Below are positions 10,337 to 19,014 of a stretch of 32,000 bases of DNA, piece by piece. Under the pieces are notes generated by a model. That model had not been told where the DNA came from. It ran no database searches and saw only the letters and a list, made by a program, of their open reading frames with translations. The position numbers and the translations under genes are program-made. Source of the DNA: Chthonomonas calidirosea T49 (GTDB taxonomy: Bacteria > Armatimonadota > Chthonomonadetes > Chthonomonadales > Chthonomonadaceae); the NCBI RefSeq assembly GCF_000427095.1, contig NC_021487.1, positions 1,629,146 to 1,661,145 on the forward strand, given 5' to 3'. The number at the start of each line of letters is the position of its first letter. The first letter of the stretch is position 1.

Positions 10337-11242
10337 TCAGGCCTCCTTGCCATCGGGCGGTTCGGGCAGATCGCGATGGCGCACAGCAACGTGCGCACCT
10401 CGCCCTCGTAGATGCTCGGCTAGCGCTTCGGCTAACACCACCGAACGATGTTTACCTCCGGTGCAGCCTATGGCGATGGTGAGGTAGGCTTTCCCCTCCG
10501 CCTCATATTCAGGAAGAGTGTAATCAATGAGGGCCTCCATCTTCTCCAGTAGCGGCTTAGCCCTCGGATCGGAAAACACAAACTGCTTTACAACGTCGTC
10601 ACGTCCATCATGGGTTTGCAGCTCCGGCACATAATGCGGGTTACAGAGAAACCGTACGTCAAACACGAGGTCAGCGTCCACTGGAATGCCGTACTTATAG
10701 CCAAAAGAAAGCACCACGATCTGCAGGCCCGCCGTTTCCACATCGCCCCACATGTCTTGCAGCTGCCGACGCAGCGCGGTTGGGGTGAGCGTGGTAGTGT
10801 CCACAACGCGGTCGGCCATCGCCCGAACATCCTCTAGGAGAGCACGTTCAGCCTGAATGGCCTCTTCGATACTCTGTATATGTGGATACGCCAAAGGGTG
10901 ATAGAACGGATGCGGCCTTCGGCTCTCCTTGAAACGGGCGATGAGCACATGGTCTTCTGTGTCCAGAAAGAGCACCTTCACGGAATGGCCCTGGTCACGC
11001 AAGAGTTGCACATAAGGTTCAAACGACCCAATGGCCTCATGAATACGCGCATCTATCACAACAGCAACCTTTGCAAAACCGTTTTCCAAGCAGAACGCCG
11101 CCAGGTTCGGCAGCAAAGCAGGCGGCAGGTTGTCCACAGTAAAGTAGCCGCTATCCTCAAAGCCATGTAGAGCTGTCGTTTTCCCGGAGCCGGAGATCCC
11201 CGAGATCACCACAAGATGAAGTTGAGTTTGTCTATCGTTCAT
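10337..11242 (-). CDS. rapZ: RNase adapter RapZ (YvcJ-like P-loop nucleotide-binding protein)
   Basis: VVISGISGSGKTTALHGFEDSGYFTVDNLPP, FLDTEDHVLIARFKESRRPHP, FSFGYKYGIPVDADLVFDVRFLCNPHYV, IAIGCTGGKHRSVVLAE. Confidence 0.96.
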   Translation of the reverse strand: MNDRQTQLHLVVISGISGSGKTTALHGFEDSGYFTVDNLPPALLPNLAAFCLENGFAKVAVVIDARIHEAIGSFEPYVQLLRDQGHSVKVLFLDTEDHVLIARFKESRRPHPFYHPLAYPHIQSIEEAIQAERALLEDVRAMADRVVDTTTLTPTALRRQLQDMWGDVETAGLQIVVLSFGYKYGIPVDADLVFDVRFLCNPHYVPELQTHDGRDDVVKQFVFSDPRAKPLLEKMEALIDYTLPEYEAEGKAYLTIAIGCTGGKHRSVVLAEALAEHLRGRGAHVAVRHRDLPEPPDGKEA

Positions 11243-12105
11243 GGTCGTGCTACCAAGTACAGCTTACTGCCGGGGCGCAACCCCAGCGTTTTTGCCGCAT
11301 CTCCTTCTCGAATCGCCAGCTCCAGACGCCCTCCACTCCCTCTATAAGCCAACAAGCAGCCCACTTCCACATCGGAAAAAGTGCGCACCAGTGGCGCCTC
11401 ACCTTCCCCACATCTCACATACAGATGAGCTTCTTCTATGCCCCTATCGGCTATCCAGCGCTGCAACGTCTCTTCATCCAAATTGGTAATGAGATTTCCA
11501 AAACGATCCACATACAGCACGGTAAGCTCTAGAGCGGAACGACCTTGCGTATCTGTAAAGGCAGATGGCATCGGTACCTCCAACAGCTGCAAGGGGAGCA
11601 AAGCGCTCTCACCAACCTTCCAAACTGGGCCGATGGCCTCCAGCGGCAGTCCCTGCGCGAGGTGGGCCGCAAGAGGCGCAAAAATATCACGGCCATGAAA
11701 GGTCGCGCTTATGCGAGGCAACACATAGGCGCCTCCTCTACTAGCGCTCCATTTCGCCACTTTTAGCGGACGTTGCTTACGGATCGGCAGCGTCAGCAGG
11801 CCATTATCCGGGGCTACTAAGCGCGCAACCTCCGTTTCAACCACACAAATCTCCCTTTGGCTGCCCACACCGGGGTCCACCACAGCCACATACACCGTGC
11901 CGGCAGGGAAGTAGGGCAGAGCGGCCTCTAAGCGCGCACTCCCCTCTAGTACAGCTTGCGGAGTTACCTCATGGGTGAGATCAACGATCTGTGCCTGAGG
12001 GGCTATCGAGAGAATAACCCCCTTCATAACGCCCACATAGGTATCTCGTGTTCCGAAATCGGTTAATAGCGCAATCAGCGGAGGTTGTCTTGGTGTGAAC
12101 CCCAT
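11239..12105 (-). CDS. SAM hydroxide adenosyltransferase / DUF62 family (fluorinase-like fold)
   Basis: LIALLTDFGTRDTYVGVMKGVILSIAP, IVDLTHEV, YFPAGTVYVAVVDPGVGS, APDNGLLT, GRDIFAPLAAHLA, YVDRFGNLITNL. It overlaps the rapZ start by 4 bp (ATGA). Confidence 0.93.
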   Translation of the reverse strand: MGFTPRQPPLIALLTDFGTRDTYVGVMKGVILSIAPQAQIVDLTHEVTPQAVLEGSARLEAALPYFPAGTVYVAVVDPGVGSQREICVVETEVARLVAPDNGLLTLPIRKQRPLKVAKWSASRGGAYVLPRISATFHGRDIFAPLAAHLAQGLPLEAIGPVWKVGESALLPLQLLEVPMPSAFTDTQGRSALELTVLYVDRFGNLITNLDEETLQRWIADRGIEEAHLYVRCGEGEAPLVRTFSDVEVGCLLAYRGSGGRLELAIREGDAAKTLGLRPGSKLYLVARP

Positions 12106-12329
12106 CGTCTTTCCTAGCCTTTAGGTCTCCATTTCCATTGTACCAGCATCGTGAGCCTTCGCGGCCTCTTCATACGACACCATCTTCGAGTTTGCACGAA
12201 CGGACAGTCGAGGTGAAGCGTATTTTGAGTAAGGGCATAAAAACCACACTACCGTGCTGCAGTGGTTGCTTTTGCCCCGCAACTAGGGTAGAATGGAAGC
12301 GGTTGTGGGCGATTGAAGGAACGGTATCA

Positions 12330-13436
12330 ATGGCTGAAATAAGTAAAGAGCAGATCTTAGAGGCGTTACGCGCAGTGGAAGACCCCGATCTCCACCGAGA
12401 CATCGTGACGCTTGGCTTTGTGAAAGACGTTCGGGTATGCGGCGGAAATGTTGCCCTTCGCATTGAGCTAACGACACCGGCTTGTCCGGTAAAAGACATG
12501 TTGAAGTTGCAGGTTGAAAAGCAGGTGCGTGCCCTCCCCGGTGTCGAGCAAGTGAACATCGAGATGACAGCCCAAGTGCGCTCTCGCCCCAACCCCGGAG
12601 AGCTTATTCCCAAAGTACGCCACGTGATCGCTGTAGCCAGCGGTAAAGGGGGGGTAGGCAAGAGCACCGTGGCCGCCAACATCGCCATCGCACTCGCCAA
12701 GACCGGTGCGAAAGTGGGTTTGCTCGACGCCGACATCTACGGTCCCTCTTTGCCAACCATGATGGGTGTGCGACAACGTCCCCTGATGAAAGAGACGCCG
12801 GCAGGTCCCAAGATCGTGCCTGTGCAAGCGCATGGCGTTTTGGTGATGTCGCTCGGCTTTCTCTTGGAGCCAGATAAGGCGGTAGTGTGGCGCGGGCCGA
12901 TGGTGGCCAGCGCGGTGCGGCAGATGCTCGGCGACGTGTTGTGGGGTGAACAAGACTACCTCGTTGTAGACCTTCCGCCCGGAACAGGCGATGCTCCGTT
13001 GAGTTTGGCGCAGCTCGTCCCTTTATCCGGTGTGCTTGTGGTCATGACCCCTCAATTGGTGGCACAAGAGATCGCCAACAAAAGCGTAGCCATGTTCCGC
13101 ATGCTTTCTCAAAATCGCGAACGACCTATCCCCATTCTTGGAGTCGTAGAGAACATGAGCGGTGGGCCTTTTGGCTCGGGCGGTGCTGAAGTGGCAGCCA
13201 AACAGCTCGGAGTTCCCTTCCTCGGCCGTATTCCGCTCGATGCTGCTATCTGTGCCGGCGGCGATTCGGGCGTGCCGGTGGTCATCGGTGCCCCCGAATC
13301 GGAAGCGGCCTGCGCCTTCTATAAAATCGCCTCCTCTTTGGCCGCGCAGGTTAGCATTCTGCAGTATGCCCAAGACATTGAAGCGGCCACTGGTGACCGC
13401 ACAGATTCGCAGCAGAGCATGACAACCGAAACATAG
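12330..13436 (+). CDS. apbC: Mrp/NBP35/ApbC family Fe-S carrier ATPase
   Basis: N-terminal MIP18/DUF59-like domain (ALRAVEDPDLHRDIVTLGFVKDV) plus GKGGVGKSTVAANIAIALAKTGAKVGLLDADIYGPSLPTMMG. ATG at 12330 has GAAGGA upstream. The ORF track extends further 5', but the conserved protein begins here. Confidence 0.93.
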   Translation: MAEISKEQILEALRAVEDPDLHRDIVTLGFVKDVRVCGGNVALRIELTTPACPVKDMLKLQVEKQVRALPGVEQVNIEMTAQVRSRPNPGELIPKVRHVIAVASGKGGVGKSTVAANIAIALAKTGAKVGLLDADIYGPSLPTMMGVRQRPLMKETPAGPKIVPVQAHGVLVMSLGFLLEPDKAVVWRGPMVASAVRQMLGDVLWGEQDYLVVDLPPGTGDAPLSLAQLVPLSGVLVVMTPQLVAQEIANKSVAMFRMLSQNRERPIPILGVVENMSGGPFGSGGAEVAAKQLGVPFLGRIPLDAAICAGGDSGVPVVIGAPESEAACAFYKIASSLAAQVSILQYAQDIEAATGDRTDSQQSMTTET

Positions 13437-13496
13437 CCGTCGCGCAAAGGCGCGGCGGCCAGCGTCGCGCCCAAAAACCATGCTTCCCAACTTTTT

Positions 13497-13538
13497 CGAG
13501 GGGCCGACGCAGCGATGCGAAGGCTCCTCGAACTTTTT
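13497..13538 (+). terminator. Terminator- or attenuator-like hairpin between the apbC and aminotransferase genes
   Basis: CGAGGGGCC (13497-13505) pairs with GGCTCCTCG (13522-13530). An inner CGCA-GCGA-TGCG stem (13508-13519) has a GNRA-type tetraloop. It is followed by AACTTTTT. Confidence 0.65.
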
Positions 13539-13626
13539 AGAGGCTTTGTACGAAAAAATTGCTCTGCTTTCCAACAATTTGAAAGAGAGTGCACCGACAT
13601 GCAACCATCGGAGAAAGGATAACAGC

Positions 13627-14946
13627 ATGACAAAAACGAAAGACATCCTTGCCCTCAACGAAGAGGGTTTGTTAGCAGAGGTGCTCGGATACGAAACCAA
13701 GGAGGTTGCCAAAGAGGCCCACGGCGCCGAGATAGATACCTATGCAGGGCATCATCTTATAGATTTTACAGCGGGCATTGCCGTGCATGCATGTGGGCAC
13801 ACGCACCCCGAAATCGCGCGGGCCATTAGCGCCCAAACCCATCGGGTACTTCATGTGTCGGATACCATGCGTCATGCCCCTCAGCTGGAGCTTGCCGACT
13901 GGATGCGCCGCCTTCTCAATCGCCTGCTTCCCGGCCCCTCACCTTGGACGTTTCTTTTCATGAACAGCGGCAGCGAGTCCATTGATGCTGCCGCCAAGCT
14001 TGCGCTGAAGGTGACCAAGCGTAGCGAGTTTCTCGCATTTGCCGGCGCGTTTCATGGTCGTACCCTCTTTGCCACCGCGCTCTCCTACTCCAAAATGGCC
14101 CATCGCACTCCCTATATGGGGCTACTCTCCTCACTTCGCGAACATATCTTTCATCTACCTGCACCACGATGTCAAAGCTGTTTCATCGGCCAAAAACGTG
14201 CCTGCTGCTGCCTCGAATCGCTTGAACAGCTACTGGAGGAGCGTAAAGAACGGATCGCCGCCCTCTTCTTTGAACCTCTCCAAGGCGAAGGCGGCTACGT
14301 GCCCCTAGACCCTCGCATGGCACAACAGATGCAAGCGCTTTTGCGCAAGCACCATGTGCTGCTGATAGCCGATGAGATTCAGACCGGTTGGGGTCGCACA
14401 GGAAAGTGGTTTGGTTTGGAGCATTTAGGGGTAGAGCCCGATATCCTCGTTTTCGGTAAGGCCGTAGGTGGAGGGTTACCTTTGGCCGGCTTGGCCGCAC
14501 GCAAGACGCTAATGGATCAATGGGAGCCTGGCGAGCACGGAACCACCTTCGGAGGCAACCCAGTGGCCTGCGCGGCTGGTTTGGCTACCCTGCGCATCAT
14601 CGAGCGCGAGGGTCTGGTGGAGCGCGCTGCAAAACTCGGAGGGGCCGTTCAACAGCGTCTTCGCCCCTTCGTCGGTGCTTACGGGGTGGCTGATGTGCGC
14701 GGCTGGGGCCTTATGATAGGAATCGAGTTCCGCGACGCACAGGGGCAACCGGCCTACGCACGTTGTGAGCAGATCAAGCAGAGGGCGCGGGAAAAAGGTC
14801 TCCTGTTACTTACCTGTGGTGCACGCATAGGAGATCCGTCCGTAGATAATGCCACTCTGCGCCTCATCCCACCGCTGAACATCCCGGAGGAGACGCTTTG
14901 GAGGGGTCTGGACATCCTGCTTGAGGTTATTCGCGAGACGGCTTAG
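13627..14946 (+). CDS. Class III pyridoxal-phosphate aminotransferase (aspartate aminotransferase family, GabT/ArgD-like)
   Basis: GRTLFATALS, LIADEIQTGWGRTGKWFGLEH, PDILVFGKAVGGGLPLAG, TTFGGNPVACAAGLA. ATG 13627 is preceded by GGAGAAAGG, and the upstream ORF extension overlaps a terminator-like hairpin. Confidence 0.92.
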   Translation: MTKTKDILALNEEGLLAEVLGYETKEVAKEAHGAEIDTYAGHHLIDFTAGIAVHACGHTHPEIARAISAQTHRVLHVSDTMRHAPQLELADWMRRLLNRLLPGPSPWTFLFMNSGSESIDAAAKLALKVTKRSEFLAFAGAFHGRTLFATALSYSKMAHRTPYMGLLSSLREHIFHLPAPRCQSCFIGQKRACCCLESLEQLLEERKERIAALFFEPLQGEGGYVPLDPRMAQQMQALLRKHHVLLIADEIQTGWGRTGKWFGLEHLGVEPDILVFGKAVGGGLPLAGLAARKTLMDQWEPGEHGTTFGGNPVACAAGLATLRIIEREGLVERAAKLGGAVQQRLRPFVGAYGVADVRGWGLMIGIEFRDAQGQPAYARCEQIKQRAREKGLLLLTCGARIGDPSVDNATLRLIPPLNIPEETLWRGLDILLEVIRETA

Positions 14947-15715
14947 AGGTTGCCGGTCGGCGAGCGACATAGAATAGCCTATCGGAGTAGGGTGCCGGCG
15001 GACGCAATGTGTAGGCATGATAGACAGCGATCTGGTCAAAACCGGCTTGAGTAAGAAAAGCGCGCACCTCCTGCTCCCGATAGGCATATTGCCAATGTAC
15101 CTCCTCGAAGACTTTCTGAGAGCCATCGGGCGCTCGCCAGATGAAATGCATATCCACCCGGCAGAGCCTCTTTTCGGGGAAGTAGGTACTTCGCCAATCA
15201 TAGAGCAGCGGTTCATCGCTTCCGAGATTGTTCTGATCGAAAAAACGATTCTCTAACGCATATTCGGTGTTAAGGTCAAAAATAAACAGCCCTCCCGCAG
15301 CCAGGTGGTTTGCCACCCGTTGAAAGGCCTGTGCAAGACGTTTCGGTTCAATAATGTAGTTAAGACTATCAAAAAGGCTCACACAGAGCTCGAAGGGGGC
15401 CTCGGGAAGATCAAGCTCAGCGGCATCCTGTACATAGTAGCGAATGGGGAGTTGACGCTGTGCGGCCTTACGCTTTGCCTCCTCGATCATCGCAGGGCTA
15501 ATATCTACCCCGACTACCTCCATCCCCATCGCGTGGAGCTGCTCGGCGACATTGCCCGTGCCGCAAGCGAGGTCGAGGGCCCGCTTCGGGTGTGCTTGGC
15601 GCTCTTGAAGGAGCCGTTGCAGATAGCGTGCCCACTCTTCATAGGGTACCCCTTGCATAAGGGTATCGTAAAGAGGGGCAAGCGGCTGGAAGGCGCTCTG
15701 TTTACTCATCGGCAT
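14927..15715 (-). CDS. Class I SAM-dependent methyltransferase
   Basis: ALDLACGTGNVAEQLHAMGMEVVGVDISPAMIEEAKRKA; LFDSLNYI; LAAGGLFIFDLNT. Confidence 0.88.
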   Translation of the reverse strand: MPMSKQSAFQPLAPLYDTLMQGVPYEEWARYLQRLLQERQAHPKRALDLACGTGNVAEQLHAMGMEVVGVDISPAMIEEAKRKAAQRQLPIRYYVQDAAELDLPEAPFELCVSLFDSLNYIIEPKRLAQAFQRVANHLAAGGLFIFDLNTEYALENRFFDQNNLGSDEPLLYDWRSTYFPEKRLCRVDMHFIWRAPDGSQKVFEEVHWQYAYREQEVRAFLTQAGFDQIAVYHAYTLRPPAPYSDRLFYVARRPATSKPSRE

Positions 15716-15733
15716 GGACTTTGGGTGGCCCTA

Positions 15734-17434
15734 CTAAGGCATAGCCGTCGCCGGTGGCGGTGGGTAGAGCGTCGCAAGGTTAAGAAACGGCACGGCGTCG
15801 TAACCCGTTCTCCGAAACAGCAACTCGATTGTTGGCAGAGGATCTAGTGGCAGCTGCAGGTTCATTGTTGGAGGAGCTGTTTTCGTTGCAAGTTCAAAAA
15901 GGCGCTGTGCCTCTGCCGCGTTCTTTTGAGCTAGATAGTAGGCCGAGAAAGCCAATAACACATCTGGAGCGGCGGGCATATCCGCATTCAATTTGGAAAG
16001 AATGATGAAAGCTTTTTGCGGCTGCGCCAGCTCGGTAAGCAGAAGGGCCTTGAGAATGAAAGCGCTCGGACACTTTGGATCGCTCTGCAGAGCTAAATCG
16101 CAAAGGTCTACTCCCATATTGAACAGGTGTTCTTTAAGCTGCAAGGCCTTGCGCACCCCATAATCGAGATAGGGACCTGGCTGGAAGGGAGCCAAAGAAA
16201 GCGCATTGGCGCTCGCTCTATCCGCAATGCCCAAGTCTGGTGAGGTCATCGCCAGCAAGTAGGTGGCATCTCCCGATTCGGGCAGCATAGAGGCCGCCTT
16301 CTGCGCGAGATCGTTGGCCTCGCGACGATTTCCAAGCTGCAGGTTTGCCCATGAGGCCACGATCAGCTCTGCAGCCGAGGGCTGATCCATGTCGGGTTTT
16401 AGGAGGGTTAAAGCGCGTTCGGGATAGTGCAAGCGCACGAGTAATAGGCCAGCCACCGCATGCGATACCGCATCTGCACGATGCTCGATCTCCAGTATTT
16501 TCAATAAGCTGGATGCCTCCCGGTACTGTTCCGTGTAAATATAGGCCAATGCAAGACGGTTCACCGCTTCAACGGGGGCTTTATCGCCGGAGGCAAGCGG
16601 TTTATAGGTGTCTACGGCCTCTTGATAGTGCCCTGCATTTAGCAGAGCATCGCCTAGAGCTAGTGGAGTGCTGGTCTTGTTGGCACGCACGGCCTCCACA
16701 GCGAGATCGGCAGCCTTGTGCTGAAGCGCAAGAGCCGCTCGAATTTCATCTACGGCGTGCTGCTCATCCGCCCCTGTAGCGAGAGCGATCCGCATGCGAT
16801 AGGAGGCAAGATCTAACATCGCCTCACTGCTGCTGTCAATATTTTTCAGACCGGCCAAAAGTTGTTCTGCTTTCTCATAGTCTCCTGTCTGCGCGTAGAT
16901 CTTAGCGAGCACACGTGCCGCTAACACGTTATTCGGGTCGGCTTTCAGGGCGCGTCGGCTATAGCGACGGGCAGTATCGAGGTCGCCGCCGGTTAAAGCC
17001 TGGTCGGCCTTTTGGGCCAACGCCGTAGCGCCCTCATCTAAATGGTTGTCAATAACGAGCTGCAGCGTGGCCGAGGCCGTATTACCGTCAATATCCGTTG
17101 CAGTGACTTTTAAGGTATGAGGCCCCTCTTTATCGGGAATGGTGTCCCAAAGAAACTCGTAAGGCACGCTCGTCGCTTTCGCTCTCTCCTGCCCATCCAC
17201 GTAAAAGTCCACCTCTGTGATCAGATTAGGACTAGACACATGGGCCACAATGCGCGTGACATCGCTGATATGGTCACCATCTTTAAGGTCAAAAGTTATC
17301 TTGATGTCGGCCTTGGCCCCTGTCAACGACGCAAACAGGAGAAAAAGACCGGCCAGCAGATGCCCCCAAAGCGCAACCGCACGGCGGCCTGGTCTGGAAG
17401 CAGCTCTAAAAACCGTTTGTGAGCACATTCTCAT
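15734..17434 (-). CDS. Secreted or periplasmic Ig-like domain plus TPR repeat protein
   Basis: Signal peptide-like N-terminus (LLAGLFLLFASLTGAKA/DI), Ig-like segment (VDFYVDGQERAKATSVPYEFLWDT..EGPHTLKVTATDIDGNTASATLQLVI), then many TPR units. Confidence 0.75.
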   Translation of the reverse strand: MRMCSQTVFRAASRPGRRAVALWGHLLAGLFLLFASLTGAKADIKITFDLKDGDHISDVTRIVAHVSSPNLITEVDFYVDGQERAKATSVPYEFLWDTIPDKEGPHTLKVTATDIDGNTASATLQLVIDNHLDEGATALAQKADQALTGGDLDTARRYSRRALKADPNNVLAARVLAKIYAQTGDYEKAEQLLAGLKNIDSSSEAMLDLASYRMRIALATGADEQHAVDEIRAALALQHKAADLAVEAVRANKTSTPLALGDALLNAGHYQEAVDTYKPLASGDKAPVEAVNRLALAYIYTEQYREASSLLKILEIEHRADAVSHAVAGLLLVRLHYPERALTLLKPDMDQPSAAELIVASWANLQLGNRREANDLAQKAASMLPESGDATYLLAMTSPDLGIADRASANALSLAPFQPGPYLDYGVRKALQLKEHLFNMGVDLCDLALQSDPKCPSAFILKALLLTELAQPQKAFIILSKLNADMPAAPDVLLAFSAYYLAQKNAAEAQRLFELATKTAPPTMNLQLPLDPLPTIELLFRRTGYDAVPFLNLATLYPPPPATAMP

Positions 17435-17458
17435 TGTTCTCCTAAAAACTCGTAAAGG

Positions 17459-18745
17459 TCACTGCGTATTGAGGCCTAACGTTACCCGTATGGGCCCTCC
17501 GCCCGCAGTATAGATCACCTCCGCCGGGTAGTCGTCTGGGGGAGTGAGGGATGCCTGCAAAACACGCAGCGTGAAGTTTGCCACGACCGCCTGCCCTGGA
17601 GCAAGATTGGGAAAGACGGCAGCGTCGGCAGGGTTACACTGCAAATTGGCCGGCAGCTTGTCGAGGAGCATACCCAGCTTCACCAAAGCGATGGTGTGCA
17701 GGCCTCCGTTGGAGAGGGTCAACTGAACCTGATAGCCTTGATTTTGATTCATAGGGTCCTGAGCGAGGAGTGGCAGCACGGTCATGTCGGGTGCTATTCC
17801 GAGCAAAACGGTTCCGATGATGGAGAGGTGGTCGGCGACACGACCAAGCGCATCCTCAAGTGTCTTTCCTAAATCTGCCGGTACAACATGGTCTATGCGA
17901 TAGTTTCGACACAAGCTTTGCGCCTGCCCGACGATAAGAGAAGCGGCCTTAAGGCTTTGAATGCACTCCTCCGAATCGGAGGCATTCAAAAGCCGATGAT
18001 AGTCCGCAGAGCCTTCATAGAGGATGTGACGCAGGCGATCGGCAGCGCTTCGCCTCTGCTTTGCAAACTGATGCAACGCTTCGAGCGTATCTGAAAGCGC
18101 CTGAAGCAGCGCGCTTCTTTCGTCTGTAAAGCGGTAGAGGGCAAGCTCGCCTGGCGCGAGACGATCGCGTTTCTCCACGATGCCGGCTCGCTTTAAAATC
18201 ACTCCCTGAAACCAGTGCAGGTCAAGCCCCGGTGGGCTCTGCACGGCGATGGTGCGAAGGGCTACCTGCGGTGAGATGATCGTTGAGAGGCTCTCGATCC
18301 GATAGATACCTGCTGACAAGGAGGTGCTCAGTTGGAGGTCTATCGGTTGTGTTGAGGTGTTTTGAACAAAGACCCCTAACCCCTCGGCAGTGACGGCAGC
18401 ATAGGCTACGAGGCCGGGCGTCACCGAATCGGAGTTTAGGTGGATGGCCACAGGAGTACCATCCAAACGCCCCCATTCCCACCACATCTGACGGTTACGG
18501 AACGCACTAGGAACCTGTTCAAGGCTGGCCTTAATAAGCTGAAGACGATTGGGGTCTGCTGTCAGCACCTGAGTGGGGTTCACGGTGATTTGCACATTGA
18601 CAGGGGCGACAAAGTCGGGCGTTTGTGCGGTGATTTGAGATTGAGTGCCCAACAACGCGACCACCATTCCTCCCGCAAGAGAGACGCTAACCAGGGTATA
18701 GAGCCATCGCCTATTTTTTGGGAGGAGGAAAAAGTTACCGTTCAT
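17459..18745 (-). CDS. Hypothetical secreted or membrane-anchored protein
   Basis: Complete ORF with an N-terminal hydrophobic signal or anchor (WLYTLVSVSLAGGMVVALLGTQSQITAQ). It is coupled to DUF951 by an ATGA overlap. I recognise no family. Confidence 0.75.
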   Translation of the reverse strand: MNGNFFLLPKNRRWLYTLVSVSLAGGMVVALLGTQSQITAQTPDFVAPVNVQITVNPTQVLTADPNRLQLIKASLEQVPSAFRNRQMWWEWGRLDGTPVAIHLNSDSVTPGLVAYAAVTAEGLGVFVQNTSTQPIDLQLSTSLSAGIYRIESLSTIISPQVALRTIAVQSPPGLDLHWFQGVILKRAGIVEKRDRLAPGELALYRFTDERSALLQALSDTLEALHQFAKQRRSAADRLRHILYEGSADYHRLLNASDSEECIQSLKAASLIVGQAQSLCRNYRIDHVVPADLGKTLEDALGRVADHLSIIGTVLLGIAPDMTVLPLLAQDPMNQNQGYQVQLTLSNGGLHTIALVKLGMLLDKLPANLQCNPADAAVFPNLAPGQAVVANFTLRVLQASLTPPDDYPAEVIYTAGGGPIRVTLGLNTQ

Positions 18746-18966
18746 TGTCCCTTCCCTCTCACCGACGCATCCTCATCGGGGCTGAGCACCTTCCGAATAC
18801 GCCGTTCGAACTCCTCGCGCGGCAGCATCACACGTCGCCTACAGCGCATGCAGACGGCGGCGATATCGGCCCCCACGTATGTTACCGTCCACAGATCGCC
18901 TCCGCAGGGATGTTTTTTCCGCAGTTGAACGGTCATACCCACCTTAATAGGAATGCATTCGGGCAT
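18742..18966 (-). CDS. DUF951-family small protein
   Basis: 74 aa: VQLRKKHPCGGDLWTVTYVGADIAAVCMRCRRRVMLPREEFERRIRKVL, a DUF951-like pattern with C..C pairs. Confidence 0.8.
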   Translation of the reverse strand: MPECIPIKVGMTVQLRKKHPCGGDLWTVTYVGADIAAVCMRCRRRVMLPREEFERRIRKVLSPDEDASVRGKGQ

Positions 18967-19014
18967 AGAAGCCCTCCTTAGGCTTCTCCTCTAGGTTGGG
19001 CCGGGTGTTGCTCA

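Noticed and set aside
13023-13712. 229-aa minus-strand ORF over apbC and the intergenic region
   Set aside because: It is antisense to the well-conserved Mrp/ApbC and reads through the terminator-like hairpin. It has no motif support.
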